A DNA stretch of 64,000 nucleotides, taken from Trichormus sp. ATA11-4-KO1. GTDB lineage: Bacteria > Cyanobacteriota > Cyanobacteriia > Cyanobacteriales > Nostocaceae. This document shows, piece by piece, positions 42,803 through 53,709 of the stretch. Position 1 is the first letter of the stretch; every line of letters begins with the position of its first letter. The stretch lies in assembly GCA_019358915.1 (NCBI GenBank), contig JAHHIM010000055.1, positions 160,001 through 224,000 on the forward strand. Direction: 5' to 3'. A model generated the notes under the pieces. The model was not told where the DNA came from, ran no database searches, and was given only the letters and a program-made list of their open reading frames with translations. The position numbers were made by a program, and so were the translations under genes.

Positions 42803-45304
42803 TTACATAATATTTAATGGATCTACATCTATAGTTAAGTTAACAGAATCACCACAAAGCGATCGCACTGACTCCCAATCGGGTAATTGCGGTAATGCAT
42901 CAGGGGCAAATTTTAGCAATATTTGCCAGCGATAACGGTTGGCTACCCGCATGATACTAGCTGGTGCTGGGCCAAGGATTTCAAATCCTTCCTGATCGCT
43001 TAACGCTGTGGCGATGATTTGCGCTGTGTTCTGTACTTGGATGGGATCTAGGCTACTCAATCGCAATAAAATCAACCTTCCATAAGGCGGATAATTGAGT
43101 GCTTGCCGTTGTTCTAATTCAGCTTGTGAAAAAGATTGATAATCATGTTGTTGCATCGCCTCAATTACGGGATGCTCTGGGGTGTAAGTTTGCACAATTA
43201 CCCTACCTGGGTCGTTACCTCTCCCAGCCCGTCCAGCTACCTGTGTCAAGGTTTGAAATGCGCGTTCACTGGCGCGATAGTCTGATAAATGCAGCAAACC
43301 ATCAGCAGCAACCACACCTACAAGTGTCACCTGGGGTAAATCTAAACCTTTGGTGAGCATTTGTGTACCTACTAATAAATGGGCTTCCCCGTTGGCAAAT
43401 TGGGTGAGTAAGGTACGGTGTGCGCCTTTGTTACGGGTGGTATCACTATCAAAACGGATGAAACTCAACTGCGGAAACTGTCGCGTTAATTCCTGGGCGA
43501 CGCGCTGAGTTCCGCTACCAAAAAATTTGAGGTAAGGCGAACCACATTCGGGGCAATGTTGGGGATGCGGTCGCGTATAGTTACAGTAATGACAGCGTAA
43601 TAATTGCGGCGCACCTGCTTCGGTATGGTGATACGAAAGTGACACATCGCAGTAAGGACATTCCATCACATATCCACAACTGCGACAAGAAACAAAGGTG
43701 CTGTGTCCCCGCCGATGAATAAATAAAATTCCCTGTTGTTGCTTCTCTTGTAGTTGGTTTAAAGCTGTTTGTAGCGATCTACTGAATATTGAACGATTTC
43801 CCTGCTGCAACTCTAGCCGCATATCTACTAGTTCTACTGGTGGTAATGGGCGGGAGTGGATGCGTTCGGGGAGGGAGAGGTAATGGGGGACAAGGGGAGG
43901 GGAGGCGTTTTTTACGCTTACCCAACTTTCTAATGAGGGGGTGGCGGAACCTAATATTAAGGGACAGTTTTCTAATTCGGCTCGCCATTGGGCGACGGTG
44001 CGGGCGTGGTAGGTGGGGATGGGTGAGTCTTGCTTAAAGCTGCTGTCGTGTTCTTCATCTAGGATGATTAATCCTAAGTTAGGCAATGGGGCGAAAATGG
44101 CACTACGAGTCCCGATGACAATTTGGGGTTCTCCTGTCAGCATTTGTCGCCAAGTGTCGTAACGTTCTCCTTCGGAGAGGGCGCTGTGATAAACACTGAT
44201 TTGATTGCCGAAACGGGCGCGGAAACGGTCTGTTAACTGGGGTGTGAGTCCAATTTCTGGGACTAAGACTAAGGCGGATTTACCTTGATTCAGGAGAGGT
44301 GCGATCGCTTGTAAATATACTTCTGTTTTGCCTGAACCTGTAATCCCATGCAACAATACTTGAGCAAATCCCTTGAGGGCTTTTATGCTCTCCAAGGCAT
44401 GAGCTTGGGCAGTATTTAGGGTTTTGGGGTGATCTTGCGCTAATGCAGGACTTTGTTCTGTTCGTAATACTTCCTGCTCTGCAATCACGATATAGCCCTT
44501 TTGTGCCATCGTCTTGAGGGTAGAGGAAGCAGCATGACAAATTTGCAACAATTCACTTTGCCATAACTCTCCACCACGTCGCCGCAATACTTCTAAAATT
44601 TCTCGTTGGCGAGTAGTTAAATCACTGTCAATGGCACCAATCAAGGTGACTGCTTTTTGTAGCTTTGGTCGATTTAATCGCGGTGGTTCTAAATAACTTT
44701 CTACTAACCCAAATCGCAATAACTCCCGCACTCCCCGATAAGCTGTTTTGACTTTTTGTTGCAGGTAGACGAAACTGTAGTCTCCTGCTGACTGAGCTTG
44801 CAAAAGTTTTAAAACTTGCTGGGCTGCGGGACTAAGGAAGGTTGGAGATGAGGAAATTTGTCTGTTTATTTTCTGCTCTGGGAGCAAGCGAATGCGACGT
44901 TGCGATCGCCCCAGCAATCCTGGTGGTAATGCCACCCGGATCACTTGAATTAAAGGCGTATAGTAATATGCAGCTACCCGATTTAATAATTCCCAATAAG
45001 TAGTGGGGAAAAATCCTTCGCTCACTACATCTTCTACTTCTCGAATTTTCTCTGGTGGTAGATCGAGATTTGGTTCTGCTAATAAACGAATAGCGATCGC
45101 TCCTACCTTTTGGGCACCAAATGGCACACTTAAAATATCACCAGGTTTTATTTTTAACTGACTTGGCAATCGGTAAGTAAATAGTCCTGTAGCGCCTGGA
45201 CAGTCCACCAGAACTTCAATCCAGCCATTTCTATTCTCTGAATGGTAAGTTTCTTCAGGCTCAGCAACCATCAAATTAAGTAAATTTATGTCGTTTGTAT
45301 ACAT
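42803..45304 (-). CDS. priA: Primosomal protein N'
   Basis: GITGSGKT, DEEH, SATP, four CxxC, QVAGRAGR, DVDP. Confidence 0.96.
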   Translation of the reverse strand: MYTNDINLLNLMVAEPEETYHSENRNGWIEVLVDCPGATGLFTYRLPSQLKIKPGDILSVPFGAQKVGAIAIRLLAEPNLDLPPEKIREVEDVVSEGFFPTTYWELLNRVAAYYYTPLIQVIRVALPPGLLGRSQRRIRLLPEQKINRQISSSPTFLSPAAQQVLKLLQAQSAGDYSFVYLQQKVKTAYRGVRELLRFGLVESYLEPPRLNRPKLQKAVTLIGAIDSDLTTRQREILEVLRRRGGELWQSELLQICHAASSTLKTMAQKGYIVIAEQEVLRTEQSPALAQDHPKTLNTAQAHALESIKALKGFAQVLLHGITGSGKTEVYLQAIAPLLNQGKSALVLVPEIGLTPQLTDRFRARFGNQISVYHSALSEGERYDTWRQMLTGEPQIVIGTRSAIFAPLPNLGLIILDEEHDSSFKQDSPIPTYHARTVAQWRAELENCPLILGSATPSLESWVSVKNASPPLVPHYLSLPERIHSRPLPPVELVDMRLELQQGNRSIFSRSLQTALNQLQEKQQQGILFIHRRGHSTFVSCRSCGYVMECPYCDVSLSYHHTEAGAPQLLRCHYCNYTRPHPQHCPECGSPYLKFFGSGTQRVAQELTRQFPQLSFIRFDSDTTRNKGAHRTLLTQFANGEAHLLVGTQMLTKGLDLPQVTLVGVVAADGLLHLSDYRASERAFQTLTQVAGRAGRGNDPGRVIVQTYTPEHPVIEAMQQHDYQSFSQAELEQRQALNYPPYGRLILLRLSSLDPIQVQNTAQIIATALSDQEGFEILGPAPASIMRVANRYRWQILLKFAPDALPQLPDWESVRSLCGDSVNLTIDVDPLNIM

Positions 45305-45404
45305 GGTTTGGTAATTTTATAGATAAAGATTTGTCTTGCTTTCACTTAGTTGCTTAGATTTCACCTAGCCACCCAAAATCTTTTTTCTTTCTTAAAGATA
45401 AAAT

Positions 45405-45446
45405 GTATTTGATAATACTTTTATTCCACATAATACTTGATAAGTT
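45405..45446 (+). promoter_or_regulatory. Canonical NtcA-activated promoter upstream of the sigma gene
   Basis: GTA-tttgataa-TAC (45405-45418), exactly 22 nt, then TAAGTT (TAN3T). Confidence 0.7.
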
Positions 45447-46093
45447 TCCTCTTATGTAATCTACTAGACAATTTCGTCTTAACAATACATGCAATAAATA
45501 TTTAAAGTCCACTATAAAAAATCAAGCTATCTTTCCGGCTATTTCGGAAATAGTTTGACATCTACTAAATAGGACATAGCCTTTTTCAGCCTCTTGATAG
45601 ATATTCAACTGTTTGTGTATATGAGATGCTTTTATACAAACAAAATAATTCAGAAAATTAAACTAGTCAACTTGTGTCCTTTAGGAAGCTTTATGAAAGA
45701 AGCATAACCCCAAAACCAAGATGATGATTTCTGATCTGTAATGATTCCCAACCCACAAAGCTTAAAAATTTTTATACATTTTTAAGCTAATGGCATGTTT
45801 ACCTAAGTTTTTTATATTTGTTAAAGTGGATAAAGGTTGAGGGGATTTGACAGATTTGGGTATTAAGAAAAAAATAAGGAAAATATCTGTTGGAACCTGA
45901 GAAGATAGTTTTTGGGTGCAAAAACCAGTATTTGTTAGAGGTTCTATCTAACAGGAACCAAGAAATGACAGCTAAAAGCTGACTTTCACTACCGAATAAG
46001 CAGTTAGCAGAAATATGTATTTTTCTCACAAAGGGGTGCATTTGTTTCTTAGGGAAAACTACCAAGCTTTAAGCAAGCGGCTGTCACTAAATT

Positions 46094-47263
46094 ATGTACC
46101 AAACAAAGCAAAAATCCCTAAAGGAAACTATGAACATTGCTGAATTGGGAACAATGGAAATACTGGAAACTACTGCCGAACATGAAGAAAACTCACTTGA
46201 TATTTTAGAACCAGTAGTAGAAGAAGAATCCCCAATTGTAGAAAATCTGGAATCAGAGGAACGTGATGGGGACGAAATGGCGGCGGCGCGGCCTTCAGGA
46301 TACAATAAAACCGAGCATGATGATGCTGTAGGTGCATTTTTTAAAGAAATGGCGCGTTATCCGTTGCTAAAACCCGACGAAGAAGTGGAGTTAGCTCGGC
46401 GAGTCCGGTTTCTAGAAGAAGTTAGGGAAGTACAAGATGCTTTGGAGTTACAACTGGGACAGCAACCCAGCAAGGAACAAGTAGCTTCCCAGCTAGACAT
46501 GACAGAAAAGCAGTTAGAAAGTCGCTTATATCAAGGTCGAGTTGCGAAACGCAAGATGATTCGCTCGAACTTGAGATTGGTAGTGTCAATTGCTAAGCGG
46601 TATCTAAATCGTGGTGTACCTTTTCTGGACTTAATTCAGGAAGGTGCAATGGGATTAAATCGGGCTACAGAAAAATTTGATCCAGATAAAGGATATAAGT
46701 TTTCTACCTACGCCTACTGGTGGATTAGACAAGCAATTACGCGAGCGATCGCCAACGATGCGCGGACAATCCGGTTACCTATCCACATTGTCGAAAAACT
46801 CAACAAACTCAAAAAAGCCCAGCGCGAACTCAAGCAAAAACTCTGTCGCAATCCCTCCGAAGCTGAAATGGCAGAAGCTTTGGAAATTAACGTGCAACAA
46901 CTACGCCAACTACAACAGCTACGTCGTCAAGCACTTTCCCTCAATCACCGTGTCGGTAAAGAAGAAGACACAGAACTGATGGATTTGCTAGAAGACGAAG
47001 ATAACCTGTCTCCAGAAGCAAAAATGAACGAAAACATGATGCGTCAGGAGATTTGGGAAGTGTTGGGTGATGTGCTAACTCCACGGGAAAAAGACGTGAT
47101 TTCTCTGCGCTATGGCTTAACAACCAGCGAACCTTGTACCTTAGAAGAAGTCGGTAATATGTTCAATCTGTCCCGTGAACGAGTGCGACAAATTCAAAGC
47201 AAAGCTATGCGGAAATTGCGCCGTCCTCACATAGCCAAACGTTTAAAAGGATGGCTAATTTAA
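46094..47263 (+). CDS. sigE: Group 2 RNA polymerase sigma factor, SigE-like
   Basis: NLRLVVSIAK, DLIQEG, KFSTYAYWWIRQ, SRERVRQI; subtype inferred from priA/GNAT/petJ context and the NtcA promoter. Confidence 0.8.
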   Translation: MYQTKQKSLKETMNIAELGTMEILETTAEHEENSLDILEPVVEEESPIVENLESEERDGDEMAAARPSGYNKTEHDDAVGAFFKEMARYPLLKPDEEVELARRVRFLEEVREVQDALELQLGQQPSKEQVASQLDMTEKQLESRLYQGRVAKRKMIRSNLRLVVSIAKRYLNRGVPFLDLIQEGAMGLNRATEKFDPDKGYKFSTYAYWWIRQAITRAIANDARTIRLPIHIVEKLNKLKKAQRELKQKLCRNPSEAEMAEALEINVQQLRQLQQLRRQALSLNHRVGKEEDTELMDLLEDEDNLSPEAKMNENMMRQEIWEVLGDVLTPREKDVISLRYGLTTSEPCTLEEVGNMFNLSRERVRQIQSKAMRKLRRPHIAKRLKGWLI

Positions 47264-47331
47264 AAAGTCATATCAAGTATTTGGCTTGAGTAGATAAATT
47301 AATTCCTCAGCCAATTAACATCCTTATGAAC

Positions 47332-47428
47332 TAGTACACTGCGGCGGAAGTATGGATACTATGCCAAATAATGCAAAAGCCTAAAATCAACTCCTTTTGA
47401 CTTTTGACTTCCGCAAAGCGGCTTGTAT
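47332..47428. repeat. Degenerate MITE-like inverted repeat
   Basis: GCGGAAGT ... TTTTGACTTTTGACTTCCGC arms. Confidence 0.45.
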
Positions 47429-47513
47429 TTGTATATTGTTTAATCCTAACCACCAGCAAGCCACCATCTGGGAATTTAAACACTAGCTCCTTAATCTTGT
47501 CTTTAGTCATTAA

Positions 47514-48086
<573 letters not shown>

Positions 48087-48139
48087 CGAGTGGGTACTAG
48101 TATTTGTTACTCAACACTCAGCACTTTTTTGTTGAAGTT

Positions 48140-48158
48140 TGACGGCTTGTCTTTTGAC
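48140..48158 (+). promoter_or_regulatory. Operator-like motif upstream of petJ (candidate PetR box)
   Basis: TGACGGCTTGTCTTTTGAC; contains GAC-N5-GTC; 18/19 identical to 49776-49794. Confidence 0.6.
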
Positions 48159-48231
48159 TAAGGCAATTTGTTCAACTGAAAATTAGGAAGGATATTGATC
48201 GCATCAGCCGTTTTTGCAGAGAGAACACGAA

Positions 48232-48564
48232 ATGAAAACAATTTTTTCATTACTACTATTAGGCATAACAATCTTCACCTTTGCCTTCAGTAGTCCAGCT
48301 TTAGCAGCAGATACTGTTAACGGAGCTAAAGTATTTAGTGCTAATTGCGCTTCTTGTCATGTAGGTGGCAAAAATCTGGTTCAAGCCAACAAAAGCCTGA
48401 AGAAGGATGATTTGGAAAAATATAATTTGTACTCAGCAGAGGCAATTATTAGCCAAGTTACAAATGGTAAAAATGCTATGCCAGCCTTCAAAGGTCGTTT
48501 AAAACCAGAACAGATTGAAGATGTAGCTGCTTACGTACTTGAACAAGCAGAAAAAGGTTGGTAA
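48232..48564 (+). CDS. petJ: Cytochrome c6
   Basis: Signal peptide, CASCH haem site, GKNAMPAF axial Met. Confidence 0.95.
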   Translation: MKTIFSLLLLGITIFTFAFSSPALAADTVNGAKVFSANCASCHVGGKNLVQANKSLKKDDLEKYNLYSAEAIISQVTNGKNAMPAFKGRLKPEQIEDVAAYVLEQAEKGW

Positions 48565-48801
48565 CTAACCTAAATTGATACAGTTTATAGCTGTAGTCAC
48601 ATATATTAGGACAGTGTTGATTGCTCATAGCAATGATGCAACTGAGTTTATACTCAGCACTCAGCACTCAGCACTTAGAAAGGAAGCACTTTACTATAGC
48701 TATTGCTACTGTAGATAGAATACTACTTCGGAGTTGCTAGGTATACTCGACTCAAGCGAAGAGCGCCAGCACAATTAGCGGGGCTGTTTGTCCCGTTAAT
48801 T

Positions 48802-49767
48802 TTGTTTTTGCCGAAATTGTCAAATACGATGCTTATGACTTATTTCTGGCGATTATTTTTCAGTGTACTGATTGCTTTCTGCCTAACTTTTGCGACTTCA
48901 GTATCACAATCATTAGCTCTAGATATCACCCAAATAACAGCCAATGAGTATTTAAAATTGGGTGTAAAGCAGATGCAGCGAAGTGATTACCAAGAAGCAA
49001 TCGAGAATTTTAACCAAGCGCTGCAAGTTCAAGAAGATTTTGCTGTAGCTGATAGCGATCACTGTCCTCAATTACCAGATTACCACCAAGCGGGCCGCCT
49101 GCGGACGAGTTTCGCTAATGCAGATTGTACTCAAGCCAAAAATTTAGCCCGTAAGAAATTTGAAACTTATTTGCTTCGGGGATTAGCATACTACAGACAA
49201 GGGGATGATCCAGCAGCCATTGCAGATTATAACCAAGCGATCGCCCTCAAGCCTGATGATTTTCGAGCTTACTACAACCGAGGTCTAGCCCATGCCGGTC
49301 AAGAGAATTATTCACAGGCGATCATCGATTATAATTTAGCTCTAACTCAAATTCCCCAAACAGCTAGTGTATTTTTGGGGGATATCTACAATGACAGAGG
49401 TTTAGCTCATTTAGTCTTGCAAGACTTTCCAGCAGCTATGCTCGATTTTAATTTGGCAATTCGTTTTAATCCGCAGGGTTATCGAGCTTACTTTAACAGA
49501 GGCTGTGCTAGCGGCACAAATGGCGATAATTTTGGTGCAGTCCGCGATTTTTCTCAAGTTATTAAACTTGACCCTAGTAATGCTCAGGCTTACGTTAACC
49601 GAGGAATGGCTCAATATCGCCTAGGATACCATCAAGGAGCGATCGCGGACTTAAAACAAGCATCTGAGTACTTTGGTAACCAAGGAAAGACAGTTGCCTA
49701 CGAAAAAACTTTAGATTTACTCAAGAGTCTGCGCCAACAATTAGAATTTGTCACCGCGATCGCCTAA
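48802..49767 (+). CDS. Exported TPR-repeat protein
   Basis: Repeated AY.NRG.A......AI.D(F/Y)..A motifs; N-terminal hydrophobic segment. Confidence 0.9.
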   Translation: MFLPKLSNTMLMTYFWRLFFSVLIAFCLTFATSVSQSLALDITQITANEYLKLGVKQMQRSDYQEAIENFNQALQVQEDFAVADSDHCPQLPDYHQAGRLRTSFANADCTQAKNLARKKFETYLLRGLAYYRQGDDPAAIADYNQAIALKPDDFRAYYNRGLAHAGQENYSQAIIDYNLALTQIPQTASVFLGDIYNDRGLAHLVLQDFPAAMLDFNLAIRFNPQGYRAYFNRGCASGTNGDNFGAVRDFSQVIKLDPSNAQAYVNRGMAQYRLGYHQGAIADLKQASEYFGNQGKTVAYEKTLDLLKSLRQQLEFVTAIA

Positions 49768-49775
49768 CGGAACTA

Positions 49776-49794
49776 TGACAGCTTGTCTTTTGAC
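49776..49794 (+). promoter_or_regulatory. Operator-like motif upstream of the TonB-dependent transporter (candidate PetR box)
   Basis: TGACAGCTTGTCTTTTGAC. Confidence 0.6.
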
Positions 49795-49858
49795 ACCTAT
49801 TAGCAGTAACTAGAAAATAGCATTTGGTTACTGTTTTTACTTGGTGTGAGAAAAAAAC

Positions 49859-51933
49859 GTGAATAAGTCTTTTTTTTTATTGCAGTTGCTTTACCTAGCT
49901 CACTGATAGCTTTTCCTGCTTTAGCTGCTGAGATAAAGCAGGGAAATTCAATCATTTTTAACTTAAATGAAATCGAGTTACCTGCCACTAATGCTGAATT
50001 ATTAACTCAACAATCTATACCAATTGAAGTTAACCCAGAAACTCAGCCGGAAATAGAATCAACTCCCAACGATGATGCAGACATTTTTATAGAAGTGGTG
50101 GGAGAAAAAGACCCTTTGCCTGAGTCTACGCCTGTTTATGTAGTTGATCAAGAAGAAATTAAAAAGCAGGGTGCTACAAGTGTCGCTGATGTCTTAAAAA
50201 GAATGCCTGGTTTTGCCATCAATGATGTAGGTCATGGTGCAGATATTCACACAGGTACATACTACCGGGGAGCCTCAATTAATCAGTCTGTCTTTCTCAT
50301 TAATGGCAGACCAATTAATAATAATGTCAACACTTATCATGGTGGAACCGATTTAAATAGTATTCCTGTAGAGGCCATTGAACGAGTGGAATTATATAGC
50401 GGTGTAACTTCCGCTTTGTATGGTTCATCAGCCTTTGGGGGAGTTGTGAATATCATCACCAAAGAAGGTTATGGTCAACCTAAATTGACTGGTAGTGTAG
50501 AATTTGGCTCATTGAGCTTAAATAATCAACAAGTAAGCTATGGTGGCTCGGTTGGCGATGCTCGGTATAACTTCAGTTTTGAAAGATTCTTTATAGATAA
50601 TCGTTACCGTGTTCCCGTTGGTGCAGCCAATCGTGATGCTCAAGGCTTTTTATCGAATGCAGACACAGCTACCAGTACCTACTTTGGCAGTATTGCTTTA
50701 GATTTAGATAGTAAAAATTCTTTGAGTTTAGATGTTAAAAAACTTAGCAGTCGTAGAGGTTTAATTTATTTCGGATTCCCTCTACAAAGAGATAGATTAG
50801 ACCATGATGGCTTCAACGTTGGCTTATCTTGGAAAACTCGATTGAGTGAAGGGGAAAATTCAAATCTCACAACCACACTTGGCTATAACCAAGATTATTT
50901 CAGCACTTATGGACCTACAGTTTTTGCCGGACAGGAATTTAACCGCACAGGAGTTTTAGACACACAACAACTCACAGCCAGAATAGATCATGATTGGAAA
51001 TTAACACCTCACAATAAATTGCGTTGGGGATTAGATTTAAAAAATACTAACTTAAACGGCGATACTATCAGTACTAGACCTGATAGAATTGCTAATAACG
51101 GCACTGAAAATAGAAATGTATTAAATACAGCATTGTTTGCTGTTAATACTTTAAACATTAGTAATAATTTTCAGATAGATTTAGGGCTAAGACAAAGCTT
51201 TGATGGGCAGTTTGGCAATTATCTCAATCCTAGTGCTGGGTTACGTTATGCCCTCACACCAACAGTAGCCTTCCGTGGAAGTTGGGCAGGAGGACAGCGC
51301 AATCCTGGGTTAGATCAATTATATGTTTATGATACAGTTCACGGTTGGGAACCAAACCCCGATTTAAGACCAGAAACTGGTTCATCATGGACTGCGGGAG
51401 TAGATGTCAAACTAGCTAATAATTTGATTGGACAGTTTACTTACTTCGGTAGTAGTTTGGATAATCGCTTAGGAATTATAGCCGGAAGATGGGAAAATAT
51501 TGGGTTAGTAAATACTAATGGTTTAGAGGCAGCATTGCAATTACAAATTGCCGATGGTTGGTCAACTTTCCTCAATTATACTTATACAGATGCTCAAATA
51601 AAAACGGGAGTAGAAAGAGGGTTACAGTTGGGTTTAATTCCTTATTCTGTCATGCAAACTGGTATAGGTTATCAAAATTCAGGTTGGCAAGCTAACTTAT
51701 ATGTTACCTATAACAGTGGCACGCGTAGAGCCTTATTTAATAACCCTGGTGAAAGTAATAGAGATTTTGCACCTTCTTTCTTAAACTTAGATTTGAGTGG
51801 TCGTATACCTTTAACTAGCAATTTAGGTCTGACAGTTTATTTAGAAAATTTACTAGGTGAGCAATACGAGCGAGTTAATCGTATCTATAGTCCTGGGTTG
51901 ACATTTCGTGTAGGTTTAACCTCAAATTTGTAG
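49859..51933 (+). CDS. TonB-dependent outer-membrane transporter with an apparent frameshift in the signal peptide (track ORF 50095-51933)
   Basis: Plug motifs (ADVL..MPG, LINGRP, IERVE..SG..SALYG..A.GGVVNIITK), PNPDLRPE; the frame extends upstream to 49867 through a signal peptide without an in-frame start. Confidence 0.88.
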
Positions 51934-52071
51934 TAGCGTGTCTAGTACTCTGCCAAACTAAATTTGATGGGTGAAAGAATGAACCGCAAAGTACACAAAG
52001 GAAAAGGGAAAAAAGAAAAATTTAAAGGTTGATTAACCTATCAAAATTAACCTGGTGGAGTAGTAGAATGC

Positions 52072-52350
52072 GTGTGCTACACGATTGAGCTAATTATATT
52101 GGTAAATTTGCCAAACCAGGATGCTCCCAAGCAATATACAATAGCTGATATGAGAGCCAGTATTGAAAATACAGTGCTGTTTTTGCACCATGAGGACTTA
52201 CCAAAATTTAAAAAAGGCGGTTCGGTGGTAAGAAATTCTTATTTCTGGGCTTTACGTTCAATTGCTGGTCGAACTTCTCGTTATCGTGATGCTGAAATTG
52301 AAAAATGTTTAGCATCCTTTGAACCTCAGATTTTAGATGAACCGCAGTAA
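52072..52350 (+). pseudogene. Probable truncated remnant of a hypothetical gene
   Basis: Protein-like core PKFKKGGSVVRNSYFWALRSIAGR flanked by unconvincing sequence. Confidence 0.4.
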
Positions 52351-52402
52351 GATGTTGACCAAGCCCGAACAACTGCAAGTGGCAAGGTAGGTATTTTGAA
52401 CG

Positions 52403-53638
52403 ATGAACGCACAGGGAAATGAGCCACAGCAATGGATGCAACTGAGTACCAATCCACAAGATTGGTCATGGCAATTTTGGCCTGTGTTACCACTCTATCC
52501 CTACGGTAAGCGGCGGACAATTTGCTTGGAAATAGTCAAGGATACTATCTGGACATTCGATCAGCTACACGGTATCCTCTACACTGTTGTGCCGATTCGG
52601 ATGACTGTCGTCAAGCTAGAAGCAGGCGGTCTTCTTATCTATGCGCCAGTTGCTCCCACTATTGAGTGTGTCCGCTTGGTTAACGAGTTAGTGACAAAGC
52701 ATGGCGACCTTAAGTATATTATTCTGCCAACTAGTTCTGGTCTAGAACATAAGGTCTTTGTCGGCCCCTTCGCTAGACGCTTTCCACAAGCACAGGTATT
52801 TATTGCCCCCCATCAGTGGAGTTTCCCTGTAAACCTGCCTTTAAGTTGGCTGGGTTTTCCTCCTAAACGTACTCAGGTGCTTTCAGAAGACAGTAGCCAA
52901 ACACCTTTTGCTGATGAGTTCGACTATAAGGTGCTGGATATCAATTTGGGTAGGGGATCTTTTGTAGAAGTGGCATTTTTCCACAAGCGATCGCACACTC
53001 TGCTGCTGACTGACTCCATACTATCTGTGCCAGAAGATCCACCTGCAATCAACCAGTTAGATCCCTACCCCTTGCTGTTTCATGCTAGGAACAATGCCTC
53101 TGAGGTAATTGTAGATAATCAAGTAAACCGTCGCCAGGGATGGCAACGTATTTCGCTGTTTGCGATTTACTTTCGTCCTAGTGCGCTGGAGATGCCTAGT
53201 TTGGGTCAGATGTTTCGCGATGCTTTGAAAGCTCCACAGCGATCGCCAAAGGCTTATTTTGGTTTATTTCCGTTCCGTTGGCAAGAGAATTGGCAGCAGT
53301 CATTTGCTGTTTTACGCGGAAATGGCCGTCCGTTTGTAGCACCAATTTTACAAATCCTCATTTTACCCCAAGCTCCCAGACAAGTACTCGACTGGGCTGA
53401 TAAAGTGGCAAATTGGGATTTTCGTCAAATTATCGCCTGTCACTTTGATTCACCAATTGAGGCTAGTCCCCGTCAATTTCGCCAAGCATTCAGTTTTCTG
53501 GAAAAGCAGCCTACGCTAGACCAGGACTTATCGGGAACCAACCCGCCACTGTTAGCAGAAGATATGAAATTTATTCAGGAACTTGAGGCTAGTTTAGCTA
53601 GGCAGGGTATCGCCAAGCCAGCAAAGGAGAAGGTCTAA
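52403..53638 (+). CDS. DUF4336 domain protein
   Basis: PLYPYG.RRT, IRMTVVKL..GGL, TSSGLEHK, IIACHF. Confidence 0.85.
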   Translation: MNAQGNEPQQWMQLSTNPQDWSWQFWPVLPLYPYGKRRTICLEIVKDTIWTFDQLHGILYTVVPIRMTVVKLEAGGLLIYAPVAPTIECVRLVNELVTKHGDLKYIILPTSSGLEHKVFVGPFARRFPQAQVFIAPHQWSFPVNLPLSWLGFPPKRTQVLSEDSSQTPFADEFDYKVLDINLGRGSFVEVAFFHKRSHTLLLTDSILSVPEDPPAINQLDPYPLLFHARNNASEVIVDNQVNRRQGWQRISLFAIYFRPSALEMPSLGQMFRDALKAPQRSPKAYFGLFPFRWQENWQQSFAVLRGNGRPFVAPILQILILPQAPRQVLDWADKVANWDFRQIIACHFDSPIEASPRQFRQAFSFLEKQPTLDQDLSGTNPPLLAEDMKFIQELEASLARQGIAKPAKEKV

Positions 53639-53709
53639 AGGGGGTCATCTGGACACAATTTGGTCTAAACTTCCTGAATAATGTTGGATTTTTATGAGCA
53701 ACGCTTGTT

